The notes beneath the pieces were generated by a model that was not told the origin of the DNA, did no database searches, and saw nothing but the letters and a program-made list of their open reading frames with translations. Positions 10,184-19,185 of a DNA stretch of 45,453 bases are shown piece by piece. This DNA is from Simkaniaceae bacterium (GTDB taxonomy: Bacteria > Chlamydiota > Chlamydiia > Chlamydiales > Simkaniaceae). Made by a program: the position numbers and the translations under genes. Where the stretch lies: contig JBFWSA010000019.1 of NCBI GenBank assembly GCA_050248615.1, positions 1 through 45,453 on the forward strand, written 5' to 3'. Each line of letters opens with the position of its first letter. The first letter of the stretch is position 1.

Positions 10184-10347
10184 TATACTCAAACCATTTC
10201 AAAAGTTGGTTTTGGGCTAGCGCGAAAGCTTTCGGAATTCGTCGATCTTAAATGACCTCATATTTCTAATATTAGGTCATTTAAGATCGGCAAATTACGG
10301 TGCTTTGGCGCAACCGAAAATCCAACTTTTGAAGTTGTTTGAGTATA
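10184..10347. mobile_element. Palindromic element B2 (inverted copy of B1)
   Basis: Its reverse complement matches B1 apart from a few substitutions and a flipped central core. 160 bp plus a duplicated TA. Confidence 0.92.
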
Positions 10348-10446
10348 ATTCTTGTCCGTTCACACTACTTGTTCCTAAAATCAAAAAAATGCAAATAAGT
10401 TTTATCAATTTCTGCATATCTGTTAGTGTAGCAAAAAAGGTTTTTT

Positions 10447-12795
10447 ATGAGATTTGTTTCAAATTTAAAAGATTTAAGAATCGGTGATGTTCCTTTAGTG
10501 GGAGGAAAAAATGCTTCTTTGGGCGAAATGATCAGCGCTTTAGAAAAGAAGGGTATTCAGGTTCCCCCAGGGTTTGCGATCACAGCTGAAGGCTACCACT
10601 TTTTCATTCAAGAAAATGGGTTTCAAGAGAAGATTGAAGCGCTCCTTAATGAGTTGAAAAGGGATCCTCAAGCGATTCGTAAAGTGGGAAAAACTCTACG
10701 CAAACTCATCATGAAGGGAGTGATTCCTCCTGATCTCGAAAAAGAAATTGCAGAGGCCTATAGCGCTTTAGGGGAAGATGTTGATGTTGCTGTGAGAAGT
10801 AGTGCAACTGCAGAAGATCTTCCCGACGCAAGTTTTGCTGGGCAGCAAGAGACCTATCTCAATGTCTACGGAGAAAGAGATCTCCTTGTCGCCTGTGTCA
10901 AATGTTTTGCCTCTCTTTTTACCGATCGGGCGATTAGCTATCGAGAAGAGAAGGGGTTTAAACACGAAGAAGTAGCTCTTTCGATCGGCGTCCAAAAAAT
11001 GGTCCGGTCTGACTTGGCTTCCTCCGGGGTGTTATTTACGATTGATACCGAAACCGGTTTTGATCAAGTGATTGTGATCAATGCTACCTGGGGACTTGGA
11101 GAAAATATCGTTCAAGGGTTAGTCACCCCAGACGAACACCTCGTGTATAAGCCTCTCCTTCAGAAAGAGGGAGTTGTTCCCATCGTTGGCAAGAGTTTAG
11201 GGACCAAAGAACTTAAGATGGTTTATGGAAAAAGTGGCCTTTTCCCGACAAAAAATACAGAAACCACTCAAGAAGAAAGAGAGACCTTTTGTCTTTCTGA
11301 GGAAGAAGTCCTCACTTTGGCTAGGTGGGGAGTGATCATTGAAAATCACTACCAAAAACCGATGGATATCGAATGGGCCAAGGATGGAAAAACAGGAGAA
11401 CTTTTTATTGTTCAAGCGCGCCCAGAAACTGTCCAGTCGCAAAGAAAAAATGGGGATTTTCATACCTATACCCTGAAAGGAAAGGGAGAGGAACTGACCT
11501 ACGGACTGGCTATTGGAGAAGCGATTGTTTCTGGCAAGGTTCAAGTGATCAAAGAGGTGGATCAAATAGAAACCTTTGTAGAGGGTTCCATTTTAGTCAC
11601 CCCCATGACCGATCCCGATTGGGTTCCGATCATGAAGAGGGCCAAGGGAATCATCACTGATCAAGGGGGACGCACCTCACATGCTGCGATCGTCAGCCGG
11701 GAGTTAGGGGTGCCTGCAATAGTAGGAACAGGAAATGCTACAGAAGTTTTGGCTTCTGCCGATCTAATCACGATGTCCTGTGCTGAGGGAGATCGCGGGA
11801 TCATTTATAAGGGAGCGATCCCCTTTGAAGAGAAAGAGGTCCATGTGCAGGACCTCCCCAAAATAAAGACCCAGGTGATGTTAAATATCGCCAGTCCCCC
11901 TGCTGCTTTCCGGTGGTGGCGTCTTCCCTGCCAGGGGGTGGGGCTAGCACGGATGGAGTTTATCATCAGTGATATCATTAAAATCCATCCGATGGCCCTT
12001 GTCCATTTTGATCGAGTGGAAGATAAAAAAGCGCAGATGCAGATTTCACATCTCACGCGGGGGTATGATGACAAGAAAGAGTATTTTGTCGAATTACTTT
12101 CTCTGGGAATAGGAAAAATTGCCTGCGTGCAGTATCCCCATCCTGTGATTGTTCGGATGAGCGATTTTAAAACTAATGAATATGCGAATTTAATTGGGGG
12201 GCGCATCTTTGAGCCCAAAGAAGAAAATCCTATGCTAGGATTCCGTGGGGCCTCTCGGTACTATAATCCCAAATACCGGGAGGGATTTGACTTAGAATGT
12301 CAGGCCATTAAACGGGTACGGGAGACTATTGGTCTGAATAATGTCATTATTATGATCCCTTTTTGCAGAACCCTCGAGGAAGCAAAACAGGTCCTAAAGG
12401 TATTAGAAGAAAATGGTCTTAAGAGAGGAGAAATTGAAATCTATGTGATGGCTGAAGTTCCCTCCAATATCATTTTAGCCGCAGAGTTTGCAGCCCTTTT
12501 TGATGGGTTTTCTATTGGGTCGAATGATTTAACTCAGCTCATTTTGGGAGTCGATCGGGATTCCGCAGATCTTGCCCCTCTTTTTGATGAGCGCAATCCT
12601 GCGATCACCTCGCAAATTGAAAAACTGATTCAAATCGCTCATGAGAAAGGGTGCAAAGTGGGCATTTGCGGACAGGCCCCCAGCGATTATCCTGAATTTG
12701 CAGAGTTTCTCGTGAAATGTGGGATCGATTCCCTCTCACTAAACCCCGACAGCGTCATCCCCACCATTCAACTCCTTGGTAAACTGGAAAAGTGA
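10447..12795 (+). CDS. ppsA: Phosphoenolpyruvate synthase
   Basis: Motifs VGGKNASLGEM, VAVRSSATAEDLPDASFAGQQET, GGRTSHAAIVSRELG (phospho-His) and FSIGSNDLTQ. Confidence 0.97.
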   Translation: MRFVSNLKDLRIGDVPLVGGKNASLGEMISALEKKGIQVPPGFAITAEGYHFFIQENGFQEKIEALLNELKRDPQAIRKVGKTLRKLIMKGVIPPDLEKEIAEAYSALGEDVDVAVRSSATAEDLPDASFAGQQETYLNVYGERDLLVACVKCFASLFTDRAISYREEKGFKHEEVALSIGVQKMVRSDLASSGVLFTIDTETGFDQVIVINATWGLGENIVQGLVTPDEHLVYKPLLQKEGVVPIVGKSLGTKELKMVYGKSGLFPTKNTETTQEERETFCLSEEEVLTLARWGVIIENHYQKPMDIEWAKDGKTGELFIVQARPETVQSQRKNGDFHTYTLKGKGEELTYGLAIGEAIVSGKVQVIKEVDQIETFVEGSILVTPMTDPDWVPIMKRAKGIITDQGGRTSHAAIVSRELGVPAIVGTGNATEVLASADLITMSCAEGDRGIIYKGAIPFEEKEVHVQDLPKIKTQVMLNIASPPAAFRWWRLPCQGVGLARMEFIISDIIKIHPMALVHFDRVEDKKAQMQISHLTRGYDDKKEYFVELLSLGIGKIACVQYPHPVIVRMSDFKTNEYANLIGGRIFEPKEENPMLGFRGASRYYNPKYREGFDLECQAIKRVRETIGLNNVIIMIPFCRTLEEAKQVLKVLEENGLKRGEIEIYVMAEVPSNIILAAEFAALFDGFSIGSNDLTQLILGVDRDSADLAPLFDERNPAITSQIEKLIQIAHEKGCKVGICGQAPSDYPEFAEFLVKCGIDSLSLNPDSVIPTIQLLGKLEK

Positions 12796-13015
12796 TGACT
12801 ATTCAGCCCCTGTGTACTAGTGGTTTTATAGAATTTTCTAAAAAAGCAACCTTCTAAACATCTTAAAAACAGTTTGTTATGAAAATAATTACATATTAAC
12901 CATTGAATGGTTGATTTTCAACCACTATTAAAATTGTTTGCGTGTAAATGTTAATTTTACCTTTAAAAAAACTCTTTAAATAGATTAAAATGCTTCGCCT
13001 AATTGGAGGGTTTTT

Positions 13016-13906
13016 ATGTTACAATCAACAGCTCTAGATGGAGCGATAGCTCTTGCAGCATACTTTTTAAATGAAAGGTTTCAGCTGGTTCCCCAAAAAG
13101 CGTTTGCAGGTCAATTAATTGTTTCTGTGTCTTGTTCTTTATTCCGGGGAGTGGCTGAAAACTACTTTCCCTCACAAAACAATCCTATCCGTAGGGAATT
13201 CTATTATTTAGGAAGTGGTTTTCTATTGGGATTAGGGGGATATTTAGGGGGGATGCCAGGAAAAGTTAACTTTCTTTCTGTGGTTACTTTGCTAGGATTA
13301 CAAGGGGGAACGAGTTATTTTTTCGCAGGGAGATCTCTTGATAAACCCTCCAGCCAACTTTTAGGTAATAAAAACTGGATCGATTTAACATCTTCGGAAT
13401 TACAATCTGTCATAGACGATCTTCAAAAACAGTATGAAGTTTACGAAAATCAAGACAATCCTCCTAGCGGGTATGTGATTAACTTCTTCAAAAAGGGGAA
13501 TATTTTTTCTCTGACTCCTATGGGGAAGAGAAATAGAGGGGAGAGGTTATCGGGGACTCCTCAAGGACACCCAGTAAGGTGTGCTCTCTGTCAACTAGAT
13601 TCTGTAAGGATCAGCTCCCAACACCGCCTGGTTAAGTCTCTTTCCAATCGCCCCCTTCTCATCGACTATCCTCCAACCGTAAGTTGGTTTCAAATGTCTC
13701 CTGAAAACCAAGAGGCCTTATTAAGAGATGCCCAAAAAGTCTATGCAGAATTGAAAAGTATATTGAATGATGAAGCGATCTATTTAGAACTTCATTGTGG
13801 GAGTTCTGGAGGACAAACCCAGTGGCATACCCATTTACGTTTTGAAAGGGAGAGAGGTTCCTGGAGAAATGTTAATTGGATAGACCCATTGAAGCACACG
13901 CATTAG
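13016..13906 (+). CDS. Membrane-anchored hypothetical protein with C-terminal HIT-like domain
   Basis: GGAGG RBS. Hydrophobic, Gly-rich N-terminal ~100 aa. C-terminal CALC...HCGSSGGQTQWHTHLRF resembles the HIT fold motifs (CxxC...GQTVxHxHxH). Confidence 0.7.
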   Translation: MLQSTALDGAIALAAYFLNERFQLVPQKAFAGQLIVSVSCSLFRGVAENYFPSQNNPIRREFYYLGSGFLLGLGGYLGGMPGKVNFLSVVTLLGLQGGTSYFFAGRSLDKPSSQLLGNKNWIDLTSSELQSVIDDLQKQYEVYENQDNPPSGYVINFFKKGNIFSLTPMGKRNRGERLSGTPQGHPVRCALCQLDSVRISSQHRLVKSLSNRPLLIDYPPTVSWFQMSPENQEALLRDAQKVYAELKSILNDEAIYLELHCGSSGGQTQWHTHLRFERERGSWRNVNWIDPLKHTH

Positions 13907-13917
13907 ATCTTTCGGCT

Positions 13918-14601
13918 CTATTTTTGATAGATGGTATCAGCTAAGATAGAAAGGCCTGTGAGGGCAGCGGTTTCAGCGCGGAGGGTGTAGGGGGCAAGAC
14001 GGACTCCCGTACCTTTTTCTCTAAGCTCGAGGATTTCTTTTTCGGTAAACCCTTTTTCTGGACCAATCGCAAGGGCTCCAGGAAGCTTGCCCTTTTGGGA
14101 TAAAGGAGGGGCGTTTTCTGAGAGATCTCCAAAGAAGAGGGGGATATCGAGAGAGGGGAATCCCATTTCAAGGGTGGGAAGGTCTAAGCGTCCACACTGT
14201 TTCATAGAGGCGATCAGGATATGATTGAGGCGCTGCATTTGAGTTGGGGAGAGTTCTTTTTTTTCGCTATGGGCACTGGGATAGAGGTAAAAGGTGGAGA
14301 CGCCAAGCTCAGTTCCTTTTTGAATGATAAAGTCGAGAAGGGGAAGTTTAGGGAGGGCTTGAATGAGGATCATGGGGGGGAGAAGAGGCTCTTTGTGCTC
14401 TGTTTGGAGGATATCGATTTGCGCTTCCCACTTGCTGATGCTAAAGATTTTTCCTAGAGCAAGCTCCTTTTTTCCATTAACGAGTTCAAGGGTGTCCCCT
14501 GCTTTTTTTCGCATGACACGGTGAAGATGGTGCAACTCTTCTCCTTGAAGAGAGACACGGTCTTTTAAGGGAGCATCAATATAAAAACGATCATGGGGCA
14601 T
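13918..14601 (-). CDS. rsmE: 16S rRNA m3U1498 methyltransferase
   Basis: Motifs HHLHRVMR, QKGTELGV, ASMKQCGR, IGPEKGFT and LRAETAA. Confidence 0.93.
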   Translation of the reverse strand: MPHDRFYIDAPLKDRVSLQGEELHHLHRVMRKKAGDTLELVNGKKELALGKIFSISKWEAQIDILQTEHKEPLLPPMILIQALPKLPLLDFIIQKGTELGVSTFYLYPSAHSEKKELSPTQMQRLNHILIASMKQCGRLDLPTLEMGFPSLDIPLFFGDLSENAPPLSQKGKLPGALAIGPEKGFTEKEILELREKGTGVRLAPYTLRAETAALTGLSILADTIYQK

Positions 14602-15829
14602 TTTTGGACCATAGGGTGTTGGGGCGTGTAAGGGCCTTTTTTAAGATAAGTGGGAGTGTATCGTTGGGTGTGAGGTGTTCACGGGCCGCTTTTTTAAGGG
14701 CGGGGAGGTCGAGCACTTCGAAAGCGCTTTGCTTGAGAAAGTGTTTTTTGAGCTGAGGGGTATCAGAAAAGTTGAAGACCATTTTGAAGCGGTAGTCGGT
14801 GATAAAAAGGTCGCTTTCTTTTTCATAGGTATGTGTTTCGATATCCTCAAAAGGAAGGGTGACTCCTGGGGGGGCATATACGGTGATAAAAGCTTTAGGG
14901 TAGATTTCGCGGAATGTGGGGAGCAAAAAGAGGTGTTCTTTTTTTAGGATTAATAAGAGGGAGTCCCAACGGTAACGGTAGTAGACATTGAGAGGCGTTT
15001 CTTGTTTCCATCGGTTGTGCTGCCAGAGCCATTGGCCGGGAGTTTCGCGGACCTTTTCTTCTAAAATAAGGAGGGCTGCTTTCATCATCCGCTGAATTTC
15101 TTCTTCAAGAGGAGCCTCTACATGAGGCCAAATGGGATCAGAATAACGGATGAAATATTTCCCTTTTTCTCTTTTAATCGTAGCCACTATCAGGGGGCAT
15201 TTTGTTTTGTAGGAAAGAATCGCGGGGGCAGGGGTGGTCCAGGCTCGTCTTCCAAAAAACTCGAAGGCATAAGCACTTTCCGGCATCCCTTGGTCTCCTA
15301 AGATTCCAAAGAACTTTCCCTGTTTAAGGGCCCGTAATCCCTCCTTGAGAGCTTTTTTAGGGGGGACAATCGTTCCTCCAAATTTTTCACGGATGGAAAC
15401 GACCCAATCATAGAGGCGTTTATCTTTTATCGGTCGCCCAATAGCCACGCCGGGCATGCGACGGGTTCCTTCTAAGAAGAGGAGTTCCCAATTGGCTTGG
15501 TGGCCGCAAAAAAAGAGGATGCCTATCCCTTGATCGATGAGAGCTTTTGCTTGCTCAGGGTTTTCGCAGCAAAGGACTTTCTCAGGGTTTTTTAGGTGGG
15601 CGAATTTTGCGTATTCCAGGCAGGTGATCGCTAGGTTATGAAAGGAGGCTTTAGCGGTTTTTTTGATGTCGGGCATCTGCGCTAAGGAGAGGTTGGAGAG
15701 GGCGCGTTTTCGGTACTTTGTTAAGGTGTAATAGGCTAAAGTTCCCAGGCAGCGTCCGAAAAAATGGATGACACGAAAGGGGAGATAGGCAAAAGGGAAC
15801 GTGAGAATGCGGATTAATACGTAAGTCAT
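14591..15829 (-). CDS. htrB: Lipid A late acyltransferase (LpxL/HtrB family) with ~130-aa C-terminal extension
   Basis: Motifs GHQANWE, GILGDQ, FFGRRAWT and PGQWLWQHNRWK. Confidence 0.88.
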   Translation of the reverse strand: MTYVLIRILTFPFAYLPFRVIHFFGRCLGTLAYYTLTKYRKRALSNLSLAQMPDIKKTAKASFHNLAITCLEYAKFAHLKNPEKVLCCENPEQAKALIDQGIGILFFCGHQANWELLFLEGTRRMPGVAIGRPIKDKRLYDWVVSIREKFGGTIVPPKKALKEGLRALKQGKFFGILGDQGMPESAYAFEFFGRRAWTTPAPAILSYKTKCPLIVATIKREKGKYFIRYSDPIWPHVEAPLEEEIQRMMKAALLILEEKVRETPGQWLWQHNRWKQETPLNVYYRYRWDSLLLILKKEHLFLLPTFREIYPKAFITVYAPPGVTLPFEDIETHTYEKESDLFITDYRFKMVFNFSDTPQLKKHFLKQSAFEVLDLPALKKAAREHLTPNDTLPLILKKALTRPNTLWSKNAP

Positions 15830-17004
15830 CCGCTCCGCTCTAGGCTGATGTTGATCAGTGTTGAGAGTTGATGAGAAAAATCTAAGTGTTTGACGCTTTT
15901 GCGAATGGCTTGAGAGCGCATCCAGGTTTTGGGTTTGGAAAGGGCTAAAGAAAGGGTTTGTGCAAAAGATTCTCTACTCTTTAAATCGGGAATGACGGCT
16001 CCCATTTCCTCTTTTAGAATTTCATGTCCTCCATTAGATGTTGAAGAGATCACATAAAGACCCATCGCAAGGGCTTCTACGGTAACGTTAGCAAAGGGAT
16101 CATAGTAAGAGGGGATCACGAGGCTGTCGGCGATTTGATAGAATTGTCTGGTATCAGAGCGGGGACCAAAGAAACTTACCTGATCTCCCAATCCGAGGTT
16201 GGCTGCTTCGCGCATAAACTCTTGCATATTCCGCTCTTTCCCAATGACCGAAAGATGAAAGTCTTTGATCGGAAGGATACTTAACGCTTTTAACAAAGGA
16301 GAGAGTCCTTTACGCTGGTAGCCATTCCCGATGAAAAGAAAATGGAAATGGGAAGGATCGAGCCCGAGGGAGTAGCAAATGTTTTGTTTTTTTTCTAACC
16401 AGGAATCAAAATCTTTTTCCATTTCCTTCCATTCTACGCCATTGTGGATGACTTCAATCTTATCGGGATGGACGCGGTAGTGCTCTAAGATCTCCTCTTT
16501 GACTTTATGGGAATTGGTGAAGAGAACCCTGAGATGGGGACTTTCAAAGGCCTCTTTCTCAATTTTGAGGATGGTTTTATTTAAGGGATTGAGAGCAGCT
16601 TTAAGGGGGGAGTAGTTTTCTCGTGATTTGATATAAGCTGCATGGACCCCATTTCCTGCACGGATGTGTGTTTGGTTACGGGTACGGTCCATTCCAAAAA
16701 TGATAGACGCGGGGTGGCTCTCATTCCATTTTTTACAAAGATGATCAAATTCCTCCATTTTTCTAAAATTGAGCCATTTTTTTAGAGGGAGGGTGTGAAA
16801 GTGGATCAAAGGGTGGAATGCACTTTTCGTGAGGGTATCTGAGGTGATGATATTGACGTGGGCTCCCTTTCGAGTGAATCCTTCAGCAATTCGGTAGGCG
16901 TATTTTTCTAGTCCCCCGACGGACTTAAAGTGTCTTGTGAGAAGATTGACCTGAATAGAGGGTAGAGGGCATGAATTATGAGGGTGCATGGCTGGGGGGT
17001 TCAT
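15826..17004 (-). CDS. GT4 family glycosyltransferase (WaaG/RfaG-like); start codon uncertain
   Basis: Motifs GGLEKYA, VIHNGVE, FIGNGYQRKGL and PSYYDPFANVTVEALAMG. Confidence 0.88.
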   Translation of the reverse strand: MNPPAMHPHNSCPLPSIQVNLLTRHFKSVGGLEKYAYRIAEGFTRKGAHVNIITSDTLTKSAFHPLIHFHTLPLKKWLNFRKMEEFDHLCKKWNESHPASIIFGMDRTRNQTHIRAGNGVHAAYIKSRENYSPLKAALNPLNKTILKIEKEAFESPHLRVLFTNSHKVKEEILEHYRVHPDKIEVIHNGVEWKEMEKDFDSWLEKKQNICYSLGLDPSHFHFLFIGNGYQRKGLSPLLKALSILPIKDFHLSVIGKERNMQEFMREAANLGLGDQVSFFGPRSDTRQFYQIADSLVIPSYYDPFANVTVEALAMGLYVISSTSNGGHEILKEEMGAVIPDLKSRESFAQTLSLALSKPKTWMRSQAIRKSVKHLDFSHQLSTLINISLERSG

Positions 17005-18232
17005 TAATCAGAACGGAGTTTCCTTGGAGTTTGGGGCAAATTTCAAATTTCTCGGTTTCGCTTTTGTAGAGTTGAAAGCGGTTCATATAGTTTCGAAAGC
17101 GGTTACGAAGAATTTCCTCTCTCACTTGAGGTTGAAGATCTCGCAGTTCTTCATCTGAAACATCAGAGGTTAATAAGCGTACATACCGATCTTCTAATTC
17201 TCGTGGATTGATAAATTGTGTACTCCACTGCAGGCAACCCTCCTCATCGGGAGTGACGATGACAATCAGTTCGAACATATCTTTTACTAAATCTAGGAAA
17301 AGGGCACTCACCCCTTTGACATAAAGAGATTCTGTCACCATTTTAATTCCATTCCGGTTTTCGATGAGATGGCTCGGAACAAGAGTGATTTTTGTCGGGC
17401 TCATGGTTGCTGTTTTCCCAGGAGGAAAGTAGAGAGAAACGGGAACAGGGCTATCCAGCTTAAGGAGCTCATAGCGGAGGAAATCAATCCGGAGGTATTT
17501 GGCATCGGGATCATTGATCTCTATCGGAGTGGAAGAGAGAAGAGGGAGAGAGATCTGTTTCCAAGGATTCGGGACAAAGAAACTGACGACATCGGAGTGT
17601 TTTTGCGTATTTGTTGCCCGTAAGTCATCAAGCTGGGCTTTGGTAATATCATTGAGATTAAAGGTTAGTTTTAGGCCCCGAGCTTTCCAGTTTTTTACCA
17701 CATCTTCAGGTCCACTTACTGTAATATAGAGTTGGTAGGGCCAGATATCAATGAATTGATACCCTTTGGGAGCTTCTCCAATCGGTTGGGTAATGATAAT
17801 AGGAATTTTTTCGGTGACAAGCTTGGTCAGTTTAATGATGAAATTTTGCTGAGAGACCCGGCTGATTCCTTGAGAAATATTGAGATCTAGGGTGTCAGAA
17901 CGGATATTTTTACGATTGATCGAAGCTATCCACTCTCCTTCCCTTCCTGAAGCATCAAATACGACATAAATATCATTGGAATTAAGATCATCTAAGATGT
18001 TTTTATTTCCCGTAATCGTGAGATTGACGCGTCTGCTTAAAATCCCGTTAGGTTGGATCCCTTCGATCGTTTTTCCAGGAGGGATATTTTCAATTTTTAC
18101 AGGAACATTACTGATAGTTTTTGTTGTAGTCAGCGATTTATTCACCACAAGCCAGATAATGATTGCTAAAATGATCGATAGACACTTGCGGGGCCAGTTA
18201 TTGATGAAGAGGGTTTTTAAGAGGGTTTTCAT
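16976..18232 (-). CDS. ybbR: YbbR/CdaR-family diadenylate cyclase regulator
   Basis: N-terminal NNWPRKCLSIILAIIIWLVV anchor. ATG at 18232 overlaps the dacA stop (ATGA). Confidence 0.85.
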   Translation of the reverse strand: MKTLLKTLFINNWPRKCLSIILAIIIWLVVNKSLTTTKTISNVPVKIENIPPGKTIEGIQPNGILSRRVNLTITGNKNILDDLNSNDIYVVFDASGREGEWIASINRKNIRSDTLDLNISQGISRVSQQNFIIKLTKLVTEKIPIIITQPIGEAPKGYQFIDIWPYQLYITVSGPEDVVKNWKARGLKLTFNLNDITKAQLDDLRATNTQKHSDVVSFFVPNPWKQISLPLLSSTPIEINDPDAKYLRIDFLRYELLKLDSPVPVSLYFPPGKTATMSPTKITLVPSHLIENRNGIKMVTESLYVKGVSALFLDLVKDMFELIVIVTPDEEGCLQWSTQFINPRELEDRYVRLLTSDVSDEELRDLQPQVREEILRNRFRNYMNRFQLYKSETEKFEICPKLQGNSVLINEPPSHAPS

Positions 18233-19026
18233 TTTCTTAACCACTCCCGCAATCTAAATCGACTTTGCAATGTTTTCTTGAGGGGGGGATTGAAAACACT
18301 ACGGATGATCCCTTTAAAGCGATCGATTTTGATCCCCCGTGTCATGATGCCATCCCGTGCGATCGAGACCTTTCCCGTTTCTTCGGAAACAACGATGAGA
18401 AGGGCATCTGTTAATTGGCTCACCCCTAAGGCTGCACGGTGGCGGGTTCCCATGGATTTAGCCACCTGTGAAGTGTCTTCTGCGAGCGGGAGAATAACTG
18501 AAGCTGCCACAATCGTTAGATTGCGGATGATAACAGCTCCGTCGTGGAGGGGAGTGGTTGTCGCAAAGATTGACTCTAAAAGCTCAGAAGAGAAGTTTGC
18601 GTTAAGCATGTAAGCCTTGAGGGCAAATTCATCGAGAGAATCTTCATTTTCAAGAGCAATGAGAGCCCCAATTTTTTTATCAGCTAGGCGGTAAGTAGAG
18701 GTCGCCAATTGGTCCAGAAATTTGTCAAATTCAGTGATTTCTTTATAACGTTTTCCTTTAAGGCTCAGTTTGGATAAGGCAACACGTAATTCAGGTTGGA
18801 AAATAATCAGGACAGCAATGACAGCTACACTGGAAACTTCTAGCATCAATTTGTGAAGGACGGGGAGGCTAAACCAAGAAGAAGCGGCAAAGATCAAGAG
18901 AAAGGCAAGAAGACCTAAAATTAAATCCATCGAACGGGTGTTCCAAAAGAAGGAAAGGAGGTAATTGATCATGATGGCAATGATCACAATTTCAATGATT
19001 GGACTGATCGTATAGTAAAAGGTCAT
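18229..19026 (-). CDS. dacA: Diadenylate cyclase (c-di-AMP synthase); probable start MTFYY at 19026
   Basis: Three N-terminal TM helices, plus FQPELR, PLHDGAVII and GTRHRAALG motifs. Confidence 0.93.
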   Translation of the reverse strand: MTFYYTISPIIEIVIIAIMINYLLSFFWNTRSMDLILGLLAFLLIFAASSWFSLPVLHKLMLEVSSVAVIAVLIIFQPELRVALSKLSLKGKRYKEITEFDKFLDQLATSTYRLADKKIGALIALENEDSLDEFALKAYMLNANFSSELLESIFATTTPLHDGAVIIRNLTIVAASVILPLAEDTSQVAKSMGTRHRAALGVSQLTDALLIVVSEETGKVSIARDGIMTRGIKIDRFKGIIRSVFNPPLKKTLQSRFRLREWLRK

Positions 19027-19185
19027 GAGTCTATTCCAACATTCCGGTGCCTTAATGCTTTTTTGAGAAAAGAAAGCCATTTGACTCATTGTAGTCATTC
19101 CTTGACTTGCTTGCAAGGTGAAGATGCATTGACAAATAAAATTTAAAAGTAATAGGTTGTTTGGGAAACATGGCAGGAGTGTGAC

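Larger units (their letters stand above)
9203..10417 (-). pseudogene. Secreted alpha/beta hydrolase (lipase/esterase-like) split by three palindromic insertions; 241 aa when reconstructed
   Basis: The joined ORF reads MQKLIKLICIFLILGTSSVNGQEL|LVCVHGFLR...FITHSLGG...IAPPNQGA...FRWIL|GDYAGAELMDF|TNFQHLG...SNDGKV...GAGHSWI. It has a signal peptide, the HG oxyanion motif, an HSLGG nucleophile elbow, and the Asp and His. Each insertion carries in-frame stops on the coding strand. Confidence 0.9.

Noticed and set aside
8048..10347. Clustered palindromic repeats as a CRISPR array
   Set aside because: They are inverted termini of ~160-bp units of different sequence, not regularly spaced direct repeats with unique spacers, and there are no cas genes.
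9203..10487. ORF-track calls 9203-9508, 9442-9624, 9664-9876, 9800-10192, 9941-10255 and 10305-10487 as separate genes
   Set aside because: They are fragments of the split hydrolase or frames running through the palindromic elements. The identical MAQPKIQLLKLFEY starts come from B1 and B2.
12817..12927. Possible further element after ppsA (TAGTGGTT...AACCACTA, plus small palindromes near 12897-12924)
   Set aside because: Only an 8-bp terminal match in AT-rich DNA, with no paired arms or central core.
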